Shown here piece after piece: positions 1-8,588 of a DNA stretch of 64,000 nucleotides. This DNA comes from an uncultured bacterium. GTDB lineage: Bacteria; Omnitrophota; Omnitrophia; Omnitrophales; Aquincolibacteriaceae. Below the pieces are notes generated by a model. The model was not told the DNA's origin, ran no database searches, and saw only the letters and a list, made by a program, of their open reading frames with translations. The position numbers and the translations under genes were made by a program. Within the stretch, counting starts at the first letter, position 1, and each line of letters begins with the position of its first letter. The DNA is taken from NCBI GenBank assembly GCA_964385615.1, contig CAYLPP010000013.1, positions 8,130 to 72,129 on the forward strand. The letters are read 5' to 3'.

Positions 1-290
1 CGACCGGCGGGGGCACTGTTTTAAGGCCTGAAAATGTTCAGAGGATGAAAAACAGCGGGAAGCTGTGTTATCTGGAAACTTCGCTGAATGTTTTATGGGA
101 CCGGGTTCGTAATAAAAAAGACCGGCCGCTTTTGAAAGGTCCTGAACCTTTCAAGAATCTGGAAACGATTTTTTTTAACCGCCGGTCCATTTATGAAAAG
201 AACGCGGATTTCAAAGTAAACACGGATGGAAAGACGGCGGAAGCGGTTGCTCAAATGATTTTGGATATTTTGAAAAAGGGAAACGGATAA
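1..290 (+). CDS. aroK: Shikimate kinase, 5'-truncated at the window edge (C-terminal part)
   Basis: The ORF frame is open from position 3 and reads ...TGGGTVLRPENV...GKLCYLETSLNVLWDRVRNKKDRPLL, the AroK C-terminal region (TGGG motif, RPLL). It is followed directly by aroB, the usual aroK-aroB order. Confidence 0.75.
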   Translation, partial: TGGGTVLRPENVQRMKNSGKLCYLETSLNVLWDRVRNKKDRPLLKGPEPFKNLETIFFNRRSIYEKNADFKVNTDGKTAEAVAQMILDILKKGNG

Positions 291-294
291 AACC

Positions 295-1395
295 TTGAAA
301 ATCACAGCGGTTAAAAGCCTCAGGGGCAATTATAAAATTGTGACGGGTTCCGGCTTGCTTGCGAAGTGCGGCGGTCTGATCGCGAATGCGGGTATTAAAG
401 GAAAAGTCCTGATTGTAACTCAGCGGAATATTGCCAAGTGGCACCTTCAGAAGGTTGAAGTTTCTCTGAGGAAAAGCGGTTTTGATTCAACGGTTTATTA
501 TTTGCCTGAAGGGGAAACCGCTAAATCCAGCGCGGAACTTTTCAAGCTTTACGGGTTCATGCTTGAAAAAGGTTTCGAGCGCCGGGATGCGGTTCTTGCG
601 CTGGGCGGCGGAGTTACTGGAGATCTTTCCGGGTTTGCTGCGGCAACTTATCTTCGCGGGGTTGCGTTCATTAATGCTCCCACGACTTTGCTGGCTCAGG
701 TGGATAGCGCGATTGGCGGAAAGACAGGAATTAATCTCAATGAGGGCAAGAACCTGATTGGGGCGTTTTATCCTCCCAAGGTTGTGATTTCGGATGTGGA
801 ACCGCTGAAAACCTTGCCGGTCCGGGAACTGACGGCTGCGCTTGCCGAGGTGGTTAAATACGGCGTGATCAGCGAGCCTAAGCTTTTTACGCTGTTGGAA
901 AAGTCCGCGGACAAAATTTTAAGCAAAGATCCGGATCTGTTAGAAACGATTGTCGAAGCGTCTTCAAGGATTAAAGCCGGCGTAGTCAGCCGGGATGAAT
1001 TTGAAACTTCCGGGGAACGCATGATTCTCAATTTTGGACATACCTTCGGGCATGGATTTGAAAAAGCTTTCGATTATAAGAAGCTTCTCCACGGCGAAGC
1101 GGTTTCGATCGGGATGGTTTGCGCTGGAAGAGCGGCTGTTGAGATGGGGCTTTTTGAGAAAACAGATTTTGTCCGGCTGGCTGCTCTTCTGAAAAACCTG
1201 GATTTGCCGGTGTCAGTTTCCGGACTTTCGGCGAAGGTCTCTGATGTGACCTCCGCCATGATGCATGATAAAAAGAAAAAAGCGGGCAAATTACGGTTTG
1301 TCCTTCCGGTTAAAATCGGAAAAGTAGTGGTGCGTGACGATGTTCCCGCGCGTCTGATTGAAAAAATAATTCTAGAGGCAGGTGCCAAAAAATGA
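295..1395 (+). CDS. aroB: 3-dehydroquinate synthase
   Basis: 366 aa with GGGVTGDLSGFAAATYLRGVAFINAPTTLLAQVDSAIGGKTGINL, the canonical AroB NAD/metal-binding motifs. It starts on TTG. Confidence 0.9.
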   Translation: MKITAVKSLRGNYKIVTGSGLLAKCGGLIANAGIKGKVLIVTQRNIAKWHLQKVEVSLRKSGFDSTVYYLPEGETAKSSAELFKLYGFMLEKGFERRDAVLALGGGVTGDLSGFAAATYLRGVAFINAPTTLLAQVDSAIGGKTGINLNEGKNLIGAFYPPKVVISDVEPLKTLPVRELTAALAEVVKYGVISEPKLFTLLEKSADKILSKDPDLLETIVEASSRIKAGVVSRDEFETSGERMILNFGHTFGHGFEKAFDYKKLLHGEAVSIGMVCAGRAAVEMGLFEKTDFVRLAALLKNLDLPVSVSGLSAKVSDVTSAMMHDKKKKAGKLRFVLPVKIGKVVVRDDVPARLIEKIILEAGAKK

Positions 1396-1502
1396 AAAGC
1401 GGATTTCTGACTTTCGCGACCGGTGTGATCATCGGGTATTGCGTCATTCAAGGCTTGGCTTTTTTTCAAAGCCATTATCTCTGGGCTATTTTCTACCGTT
1501 AA
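1392..1502 (+). CDS. Small ORF (36 aa) encoding a single-TM hydrophobic peptide, translationally coupled to aroB by an ATGA overlap
   Basis: Hand translation gives MKSGFLTFATGVIIGYCVIQGLAFFQSHYLWAIFYR*. The ATG overlaps the aroB TGA (aaATGAaa) and a hairpin plus T-tract follows immediately. It is below the 60-aa cutoff of the ORF track. Confidence 0.3.
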   Translation: MKSGFLTFATGVIIGYCVIQGLAFFQSHYLWAIFYR

Positions 1503-1535
1503 AAGTGCGGAAGGCGCACTTTTAGGTTTTTCCTT
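1503..1535 (+). terminator. Rho-independent terminator-like hairpin (agtgcg-gaagg-cgcact followed by tttaggttttt)
   Basis: A 6-bp GC-containing stem with a 5-nt loop and a T-rich tail, seen directly in the sequence after the aroB/small-ORF unit. Confidence 0.4.
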
Positions 1536-1581
1536 CTAAATTTTTCTCGCCCGAACTCTGCTTTTATGTCATAGATGCGGA

Positions 1582-2712
1582 GTGCCTCTTACTGTTAATG
1601 ACCTTCAAGCTCTTTTGGTTTTGAACCAGGCGGGGAGCGGGGTGTGCTCTTCGCTTATGGAAATTTTGAAAGACTGCGCCCCCTCGGTTCTCTTGAAAAG
1701 AATTCTCGAAGAAAACTTTATGGACCGGGCGCAAGGGGTCAAAGAAGCGCTTAAAATTTTTGATCCCTGCAGGGAGTTGGAGGCTTGCGGCCGATCAGGA
1801 ATTGAGGTTCTGACGTTTTGGGATGAGGATTATCCGGAAATATTGCGCCAGATTTTTGATCCGCCGGCGGTGCTGTATGTGGCGGGGCGTATTTTAAAAG
1901 AAGATTCAGCCGCTGTCGCGATTGTAGGTTCGCGTCATGCCAGTCTCTACGGGGCTTGCCAAAGCCGTAAAATTGCGTCGGGACTGGCTGAATCCGGGAT
2001 TACGGTCGTTTCCGGAATGGCGCAGGGAATTGATCTTAGCGCGCATGAAGGTGCTCTTTCAGTTTCTCACGGACGGACACTGGCGATACTCGGATGCGGA
2101 TTGCATACGGATTATCCACGGCACCGAAAAAAAATTCAGGAAAAAATTTGTGAGCGGGGAGCGGTTCTCAGCGAATATTCTTTAACCATGCCGCCGCTTC
2201 CTGAAAATTTTCCGAAACGGAACCGGTTGATTTCAGGATTGAGTCTTGGAGTGCTGGTGGTTGAAGCGCATCAAAAAAGCGGTTCTCTAATTACAGCGCA
2301 ACTGGCTCTTGATCAGGGGCGGGATGTTTTTGCCCTGCCCGGTTCGGTAGACGCCATGAATTCAAAAGGAACTCATCAGCTGATCAAACAAGGGGCTTAT
2401 CTCGCCGAAAACGCGCAGGATATTCTGGAGGTTTTGAAACTTGATTTGGACTGGGTTTCATTGAGAGACCAAAACCCGGAAAATATTCTTGAGAGAAATT
2501 CGTTGGAAAACAGAAGTCTGGAAGAAATGAAAATTCTCCAGTCACTTAAGGCCGGTCCCAGAACAAGAGAAGAAGTGATGGATACCCTTTCTTGTCATAG
2601 TCCGGGGCAGGGGGCGGTATTATTGACCTCTTTGGAGCTGAAAAGGGTCATCCGCCGGCGGTTAGACGGCCGTTATGAGTTGTTATCTTCTGCCTCAGGA
2701 ACGCTTCTTTAA
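1582..2712 (+). CDS. dprA: DNA processing protein A (DprA/Smf)
   Basis: AIVGSRHASLYG...VVSGMAQGIDLSAHEGAL and a Rossmann-like DprA core; 376 aa with a C-terminal winged-helix-like tail. Confidence 0.85.
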   Translation: MPLTVNDLQALLVLNQAGSGVCSSLMEILKDCAPSVLLKRILEENFMDRAQGVKEALKIFDPCRELEACGRSGIEVLTFWDEDYPEILRQIFDPPAVLYVAGRILKEDSAAVAIVGSRHASLYGACQSRKIASGLAESGITVVSGMAQGIDLSAHEGALSVSHGRTLAILGCGLHTDYPRHRKKIQEKICERGAVLSEYSLTMPPLPENFPKRNRLISGLSLGVLVVEAHQKSGSLITAQLALDQGRDVFALPGSVDAMNSKGTHQLIKQGAYLAENAQDILEVLKLDLDWVSLRDQNPENILERNSLENRSLEEMKILQSLKAGPRTREEVMDTLSCHSPGQGAVLLTSLELKRVIRRRLDGRYELLSSASGTLL

Positions 2713-2737
2713 GACTTTTGAAGGGGTATAAAGTTAC

Positions 2738-2766
2738 TTGCGGGGTATGCCGAAACAGGGCATAAT
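2738..2766 (+). promoter_or_regulatory. Putative sigma70-type promoter (TTGCGG, 17 nt, CATAAT) upstream of the RDD gene
   Basis: Hexamers and spacing read directly from the sequence; the AAAGGAG Shine-Dalgarno lies 9 nt before the ATG at 2817. Confidence 0.35.
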
Positions 2767-2798
2767 ACTTAAACAGTTATCGTTTACATTTCAAGCTC

Positions 2799-3224
2799 TT
2801 GAAAGGAGTTCAAAGTATGGAAAATTTTGGCGGATCCCTCGGTGGGGCTACGGCTCCCAAAGGCAGACGTTTTGCCGCGGGTGTGATTGATTTGATCATC
2901 ATTCCCATTATTCTCGGTTTGATCCTCGGTATTATCCTTCTGAATGTTCCCGAAGGGATTCGCAGTGTTATTCTGGTGCTTGTGAACATCCTCTGGCTTA
3001 TTGTCCGTGATGCTGTGTATTCTCCGGGCCGTGCCATGGTAGGTTTGAAGCTGATCAGCCTTGATGGTGCTAAAGTGACCTGGCTTCAGTCTTTAATCCG
3101 GAACGTTCTTTTGATCATCCCGTTTGTGCTGGTAGTGGGCTACATCGTTGAGATCGTGGCTTTGATTACCAAGGGTGAGCGTGTGGCGGATGGTTGGGCC
3201 AAGACGCGTGTGGTTCTTGCTTAA
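2799..3224 (+). CDS. RDD-family membrane protein (likely true start ATG 2817)
   Basis: RRFAAGVIDLIIIPIILGLILGIILL... and multi-TM composition typical of the RDD family; a strong AAAGGAG lies before ATG 2817. Confidence 0.6.
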   Translation: MKGVQSMENFGGSLGGATAPKGRRFAAGVIDLIIIPIILGLILGIILLNVPEGIRSVILVLVNILWLIVRDAVYSPGRAMVGLKLISLDGAKVTWLQSLIRNVLLIIPFVLVVGYIVEIVALITKGERVADGWAKTRVVLA

Positions 3225-3251
3225 AAATTGATCTAAAGCCTTATTCTAAAA

Positions 3252-3290
3252 GGCCTTCCCTGATTTTCAGGGGAGGCCTTTTTTATTTTA
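3252..3290 (+). terminator. Rho-independent terminator (ggccttccctg/caggggaggcc stem plus TTTTTTATTTTA)
   Basis: An 11-bp stem with one G-U wobble, a 6-nt loop and a U-tract, 28 nt after the RDD stop. Confidence 0.7.
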
Positions 3291-3296
3291 TTTGCG

Positions 3297-3314
3297 TCAT
3301 TCCTGCAGGAATGA
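3297..3314. promoter_or_regulatory. Perfect 18-bp palindrome TCATTCCTGCAGGAATGA (candidate operator for a dimeric regulator)
   Basis: An exact inverted repeat seen in the sequence, between the terminator and the start of the 3342 ORF. Confidence 0.35.
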
Positions 3315-3341
3315 TACCTTTTATACCAAGGACGTGAACTT

Positions 3342-3734
3342 GTGAAAAAGAAGAGCTCGAAAAAGAAAGAAACCGATTTTACCAATGCAGCCGGTTCGCT
3401 TGCGTTTCATACCGATATGGCGCATCTGAAAAAGCAGGTGCAGAAACTGCTTGAACAATCCACCAAGGCGGATGAGCGGATCCAGGACCTGGAAATTCAT
3501 GTTAATCTCTTAACCCGTTTACTTACAACTCTTTGCGTTGAGAAGTTCGGTATGCGGATTGGTGTCTTAAAGCGCATGATCAAGCGGATTGAAAAAGAAG
3601 CTATCCGCGACTCTCAGATTTCTCACCTTGAAGCACTCTACAAGCTTTCCGCATCAATGGATAAGAAAGGCCCGGATAAAGGTTCCGGCCCTTCAGCTTC
3701 CGGTAAAAACGACCCTTGGGAAGATATTTCCTAG
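3342..3734 (+). CDS. Hypothetical protein, Lys-rich N-terminus and predicted coiled coil
   Basis: 130-aa ORF with coding-like composition and no recognisable domain; the N-terminus reads MKKKSSKKKE. Confidence 0.45.
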   Translation: MKKKSSKKKETDFTNAAGSLAFHTDMAHLKKQVQKLLEQSTKADERIQDLEIHVNLLTRLLTTLCVEKFGMRIGVLKRMIKRIEKEAIRDSQISHLEALYKLSASMDKKGPDKGSGPSASGKNDPWEDIS

Positions 3735-3847
3735 CCCAGACGAACTTCAAGTTCGTTCTGGCTGTACCCGTGCTAATGAAGCGCGGGTGCTAAACCCTGC
3801 TTTAAAGCCCACTTAAGTATTCCAAAATACGTCCGATAAAACAACGT

Positions 3848-3875
3848 TTGCAAGTTTTGCCTTTTTCGGTACAAT
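3848..3875 (+). promoter_or_regulatory. Putative sigma70 promoter (TTGCAA, 16 nt, TACAAT) for the thiS-like/topA ORF
   Basis: Near-consensus hexamers about 40 nt upstream of ATG 3912, with AAGGAA before the ATG. Confidence 0.45.
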
Positions 3876-3911
3876 GGAACCCATCTTTTTCCAAAGAAGG
3901 AATGGATTAAT

Positions 3912-6344
3912 ATGAATCTTTTGATCAATGGTGAAACCCGCAGCATTCAGGCAGCTTCAAACTTAATTGCTCTTTTGAATGCTTTAGAGATCAATCCTCA
4001 GTCGGTTGTCGTTGAACATAATCAGAATGTGGTTTCCAGAACCCGTCTGGCAGATGTCCCACTTAAGGAAGGCGATCAGGTTGAAATTGTTCAGTTTGTA
4101 GGCGGGGGCGACGGCGAAGAAGCTCCTGCTGATCCGCCCGCTGCAGAGCCTTCCCCGGAGGCTGAACCCGCGGCCAAGCCCAAGGCGAAAAGAAAACCGG
4201 CGGTTAAAAAGACGGCAGTTAAAAAATCCCGCAAAACGGCATCCGATGATGGCCCAGTTGGTAAGGCTCGTAATCTGGTTATCGTAGAATCACCCGCCAA
4301 AGCTAAGACTATTAACAAGTTTTTGGGAGATGATTACCAGGTCGAGGCTTCTTTCGGGCATGTTCGGGACCTGCCCAAGAGTAAAATGGGCGTGGAAATC
4401 CAACAGGATTTTGAACCCAAATATATCGTGATTAAGAAAGCCATGAAAAATGTCAGCCATTTGCGCAAGCAGGCAAAAGGCAAGCGGACGATTTACCTGG
4501 CACCCGATCCTGACCGTGAAGGGGAGGCTATCAGCTGGCATTTAAATCACATTTTCCGTGAAGATAATCAGGAACAGGAAATCCGGCGCGTGGTTTTTAA
4601 CGAAATCACCAAAGACGCGGTTAAGGAAGCTTTTAAACACCCGCGTGATATCGCCATGAACCTCGTTAACGCTCAGCAAGCCCGCCGTATTCTCGACCGC
4701 ATTGTCGGCTACGAACTCAGCCCGCTTTTGTGGAAAAAAGTCGGCCGTGGTTTAAGCGCCGGCCGTGTGCAGTCGGTCGCGCTTCGCATGATCGTCGAGC
4801 GTGAACGCGAGATCCGCGGATTTGTACCGGAAGAATACTGGTCGCTGGAAGCCCGTCTTTTAAGTGATAAGAAAGAAAATGCGAACCGTCCGTTTATTGC
4901 CAAGCTTGATAAAATTAACGGAGAAAAAGCTGAGCTCAAGAACAGCGAACAAACCGAAAAAATTAAAGCGGAACTTTCTTCGCTTCCATTCAAGGTTGAA
5001 AAGGTTGAAAAGAAAGAACGCAGCCGCAATCCTCAAGCGCCTTATACCACGAGTAAACTTCAGCAGGAATCCTATAATCGTCTCGGATTTCCCGCCGCTA
5101 AAACCATGCGGGTCGCCCAGAAACTTTATGAAGGCGTGGATTTAGGCGAAGAAGGCACGGTCGGTTTAATCACTTATATGCGTACGGACTCCGTGAATAT
5201 TTCCGTGACGGCCCAGACGGAAGCAGCTCAGTACATCCGTAAAAAATTCGGCGATAAATACCTGCCGCCTTCACCGCCGGTTTATAAATCCAAAAAAGGC
5301 GCGCAGGAAGCGCATGAGGCTATTCGCCCCAGCTCCGTGCTTCGTGAGCCTGAAATGCTTCGTTCTTATCTGACGGATGAGGAATTCAAACTCTATGATT
5401 TGATCTGGAGAAAATTCACGTCTTCTCAAATGGTTCCCGCCGTGGATGAGAATATCGCAATCTCGATTTCAGCCGGCGACAAATATTCCTTCAAAACGAC
5501 CGGCCGGCGGAATATCTTCCCCGGATTCGGCCTGGTTTTCGGAACCGCTTCATCCGCGGCTGCCGATGAAAAAGAAAAAGAAGAAAGCGGGCAGGAAGAA
5601 AATCTCGAGCTCCCGAATCTGGAAGCTGGAGAGCTTTTAAAGCTTCTCGAACTGCTTGGGAATCAGCATTTTACAAAACCTCCCGCGCGTTTTAACGACG
5701 CGAGTTTGGTTAAAATTCTGGAGGAAAAAGGTATCGGCCGGCCCAGCACTTACGCGCCTACGATTTTTACACTGCTTTACCGCGAGTACGTTAACCGTAA
5801 GGGCGGCGCGCTCATGCCGACTGAGCTTGGCGAGACGGTGGCCGATCTTTTGATTAAGCATTTCCCGAATATCTTGGACACTCAGTTTACGGCCCGGATG
5901 GAAGAAGAGCTGGATAAAATTGAAGACGGTGAGCTGGAGTGGAAAAAAGTGCTGATCGATTTCTACAAGCCTTTTGAAGCCGATGTGGCGGTGGCGCGTG
6001 AAGAAATGAAAAATATGCGCCAGGAAGCGATCCCGACGGAATACAATTGTCCGGTTTGCGCTAAGGTCATGGTGATCAAGTGGGGCCGGTTCGGTAAGTT
6101 CATGGCTTGCTCCGGCTTTCCGGATTGTAAGACTGCCCGCCCGATTCCGACCGGCGTCAAATGCCCTGAACCGAATTGCGGCGGAGATATGATCAAGCGT
6201 CTCTCTAAAAAACGCCGTACTTTTTACGGCTGTTCGAATTATCCGAAATGCAATCACATCATGAATAAACTTCCAAAAGAAGGTGACGGATTGAGCGAAG
6301 ACGAGAAAGTTTCCGACACCGAAAAGGGAACTGTCGAACCCTGA
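3912..6344 (+). CDS. topA: DNA topoisomerase I with an in-frame N-terminal ThiS-like (ubiquitin-fold sulfur-carrier) domain and a Lys/Ala/Pro-rich linker
   Basis: Residues 1-66 (MNLLINGETRS...VEIVQFVGGG) resemble ThiS, including the terminal VGGG as in B. subtilis ThiS. No stop follows. Next comes AEPSPEAEPAAKPKAKRKPAVKKTAVKKSRK, then the TopA Toprim start NLVIVESPAKAKTINKFLGDDY, the catalytic domains and C-terminal C4 zinc ribbons (CPVCAK...CSGFPDC; CPEPNCGG...CSNYPKC). Confidence 0.85.
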   Translation: MNLLINGETRSIQAASNLIALLNALEINPQSVVVEHNQNVVSRTRLADVPLKEGDQVEIVQFVGGGDGEEAPADPPAAEPSPEAEPAAKPKAKRKPAVKKTAVKKSRKTASDDGPVGKARNLVIVESPAKAKTINKFLGDDYQVEASFGHVRDLPKSKMGVEIQQDFEPKYIVIKKAMKNVSHLRKQAKGKRTIYLAPDPDREGEAISWHLNHIFREDNQEQEIRRVVFNEITKDAVKEAFKHPRDIAMNLVNAQQARRILDRIVGYELSPLLWKKVGRGLSAGRVQSVALRMIVEREREIRGFVPEEYWSLEARLLSDKKENANRPFIAKLDKINGEKAELKNSEQTEKIKAELSSLPFKVEKVEKKERSRNPQAPYTTSKLQQESYNRLGFPAAKTMRVAQKLYEGVDLGEEGTVGLITYMRTDSVNISVTAQTEAAQYIRKKFGDKYLPPSPPVYKSKKGAQEAHEAIRPSSVLREPEMLRSYLTDEEFKLYDLIWRKFTSSQMVPAVDENIAISISAGDKYSFKTTGRRNIFPGFGLVFGTASSAAADEKEKEESGQEENLELPNLEAGELLKLLELLGNQHFTKPPARFNDASLVKILEEKGIGRPSTYAPTIFTLLYREYVNRKGGALMPTELGETVADLLIKHFPNILDTQFTARMEEELDKIEDGELEWKKVLIDFYKPFEADVAVAREEMKNMRQEAIPTEYNCPVCAKVMVIKWGRFGKFMACSGFPDCKTARPIPTGVKCPEPNCGGDMIKRLSKKRRTFYGCSNYPKCNHIMNKLPKEGDGLSEDEKVSDTEKGTVEP

Positions 6345-7222
6345 TGAATCCTCACGTTCAGAATTTTCTGAAATTCCTGGAAAGCGAAAAAAACGCTTCC
6401 TCGCACACGGTCAAGAATTACGCTATCGACTTGCGGGAATTTTCAGCCTTTCTGGATCAGAAGGGCGTGGAGTCCGTGGACTATATCGACATCCGTTCTT
6501 TCCTCGCGCTTTTGAAAGATAAGAATTATTCCAAGAGTTCAATTTCCAGAAAACTGGCCTGTATCCGTTCTTTTTTTAAATTTCTGGCCCGGGAAGAAGT
6601 GGTTAAAACCAATCCTTCGGCGGGTATTGCCACGCCGAAACGTGAAAAGAAACTCCCAAATTTTCTCGAGCGTGAAGAAGTGGTGCGGTTAATTGAATCG
6701 CCGGCGGCCGCAAGCTGGGAAGGCAAACGTGACCGGGCTATTCTGGAAACACTTTACAGCTCTGGTTTGCGCGTCAGTGAACTGGTTGGACTGAATCAAG
6801 ATGATTTGGATTTTTTCAGCGCCTTGGTGAGAGTGCGCGGAAAAGGCAAAAAAGAGCGGATTGTTCCTCTGGGGCAGGCGGCGCTAAAGGCTGTTCAGGA
6901 ATACACAGGGCACAAACCGCCTAAGATGCGCGATAACGGACAGAAAAAACCTCTTTATTTAAACCGCTCAGGCGGCCGTTTGACGGACCGCAGTGTGAGG
7001 CGCATGATTTTGAAATATTGCCGGGTAACCGGCCTCAAAAAAGAAGTTTCTCCCCACATGCTCAGGCATTCTTTTGCCACGCATATGCTGGACAACGGCG
7101 CGGATTTAAGAAGCGTGCAGGAGCTTTTGGGGCATGAGAATTTGTCTACGACGCAGATTTACACGCATGTGACGACCAAAAGGCTGAAAGAAGCCTATGA
7201 GGCCGCTCACCCTCGCGCGTAG
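6344..7222 (+). CDS. Tyrosine site-specific recombinase, XerC/XerD family
   Basis: The C-terminus reads RHSFATHMLDNGADLRSVQELLGHENLSTTQIYTHV (R..H..R..Y catalytic signature). A 1-nt overlap with the topA stop suggests a chromosomal dimer-resolution Xer rather than a phage integrase. Confidence 0.8.
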   Translation: MNPHVQNFLKFLESEKNASSHTVKNYAIDLREFSAFLDQKGVESVDYIDIRSFLALLKDKNYSKSSISRKLACIRSFFKFLAREEVVKTNPSAGIATPKREKKLPNFLEREEVVRLIESPAAASWEGKRDRAILETLYSSGLRVSELVGLNQDDLDFFSALVRVRGKGKKERIVPLGQAALKAVQEYTGHKPPKMRDNGQKKPLYLNRSGGRLTDRSVRRMILKYCRVTGLKKEVSPHMLRHSFATHMLDNGADLRSVQELLGHENLSTTQIYTHVTTKRLKEAYEAAHPRA

Positions 7223-7244
7223 CGCCGGGACTTAGAAGGTCAGG

Positions 7245-8588
7245 ATGATTTTTTTATACAATCTTTCATTTCTTGTTTTTGCGGTTTTTTATTTTCCGAT
7301 TTTTCTGGTGAAGCTGAGACAGGCGGCTGAACCCCGCAAGCTTCTGGCTGAGCGTTCCGGATTTTATAAAAAACCGAAAAATACAGGCAAAATTGTCTGG
7401 CTTCACACAGTGAGCGTGGGTGAAGTCATGGCGGTGCGCAGATTCATTAGCCTGTTCCTCGAAAAGTACCCCGGTTGGACAATTGTCCTGACGACCGTGA
7501 CTCCCACAGGTCAGAAAATCGCGGCGGCTCTCGCGGCTGAAACGGACTCTTCCCGTGTCCTTCCGCATTACTTTCCTTTTGATCTGAGCTGGGCCCAGCG
7601 GGCTTTTCTCAAAGCCTTCTCGCCTTCACTGATTCTTTTAGCCGAAACTGAAATTTGGCCGAATCTGCTGGTTGAAGCTTCCCGCGCCCGGATTCCTGTC
7701 GGGGTTATTAACGCGCGTCTTTCACCCCGTTCGGCGTCACGGTATCTGCGGTTTCGTTTTATTTTCCGCGGTCTGTTCGATAAGCTGGATTTTGTGCTGG
7801 CTCAGTCGGAGGAAGACGCGGCGCGCTTTAGAATGCTGGGTATTGAAGACGCTAAAGTTAAAGTGCTTGGGAATTTGAAGTTCGACAATCTTGCCGGACG
7901 GGAAGATGACGACGGCGACGCTTCGTGGAAAGGCCGGTGGGGAATTAAGTCGGGTGATCTGGTTTGGATCGCCGGCAGTACGCACCCCGGGGAAGAAGAA
8001 AAAATTTTGAAGGTTTTTTCGGCGGCCCGCCGGAAATTCCCGCAGCTGCGTCTGATTCTGGCGCCGCGGCACATTGAACGTTCCGGGCAGATTCTTGATT
8101 TTTTTAACAGTCATTCAGGGCTTCAAACGGTTCTGGCTTCCGGGCGGAAAGCCGACACCTACGATATTTTAATCCTGGATCAGCTGGGTATTCTCCGCCG
8201 TTTATATCAGCTGGCGGATGTGGTTTTCATGGGCGGCAGTCTTGTGCCGCACGGCGGACAAAACCCCATCGAACCGGCGAGTTTTAAAAAAGCAGTTTTG
8301 TACGGTCCGCACGTTTTTAATTTCCAGAAAGTTTACGAAACGTTGGCTCAAGAGGAAGGGGCCATTCAGGTGGCAGGGGAAGAAGCGCTGCAAATGTCGC
8401 TGGAAGACCTTCTCCGCAACGCCCAGGAGCGGCACCGCATCGGCCAGAATGCCTTTGCGTCAGTGCATCGGCTTCAAGGGGCTTCGCGCCGTCATTTGGA
8501 ATGGCTTGCCCGATTTTTGAGCCCAGAAGAAAGGAACAAGGGTGTTTTTCATGAGAGATTATTTCCGCAGACTGGCGGAAGGGTATGA
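7245..8588 (+). CDS. waaA: 3-deoxy-D-manno-octulosonic acid (Kdo) transferase
   Basis: WLHTVSVGEVMAVRRFISLFLEKYPGWTIVLTTVTPTG and overall GT30 WaaA/KdtA architecture. Confidence 0.85.
   Translation: MIFLYNLSFLVFAVFYFPIFLVKLRQAAEPRKLLAERSGFYKKPKNTGKIVWLHTVSVGEVMAVRRFISLFLEKYPGWTIVLTTVTPTGQKIAAALAAETDSSRVLPHYFPFDLSWAQRAFLKAFSPSLILLAETEIWPNLLVEASRARIPVGVINARLSPRSASRYLRFRFIFRGLFDKLDFVLAQSEEDAARFRMLGIEDAKVKVLGNLKFDNLAGREDDDGDASWKGRWGIKSGDLVWIAGSTHPGEEEKILKVFSAARRKFPQLRLILAPRHIERSGQILDFFNSHSGLQTVLASGRKADTYDILILDQLGILRRLYQLADVVFMGGSLVPHGGQNPIEPASFKKAVLYGPHVFNFQKVYETLAQEEGAIQVAGEEALQMSLEDLLRNAQERHRIGQNAFASVHRLQGASRRHLEWLARFLSPEERNKGVFHERLFPQTGGRV

Noticed and set aside
3735-3830. Imperfect hairpin cccagacgaac-ttcaag-ttcgttctgg after the hypothetical gene, as a possible sRNA or terminator
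   Set aside because: It has one bulge and no U-tract; most likely a weak terminator or processing site, with insufficient evidence for an RNA gene.
6344-7222. Tyrosine recombinase as a possible marker of an integrated mobile element
   Set aside because: The sequence is Xer-type (RHSFATH...LGH...Y) and translationally abuts topA. No att-like repeats, phage genes or compositional shift flank it.
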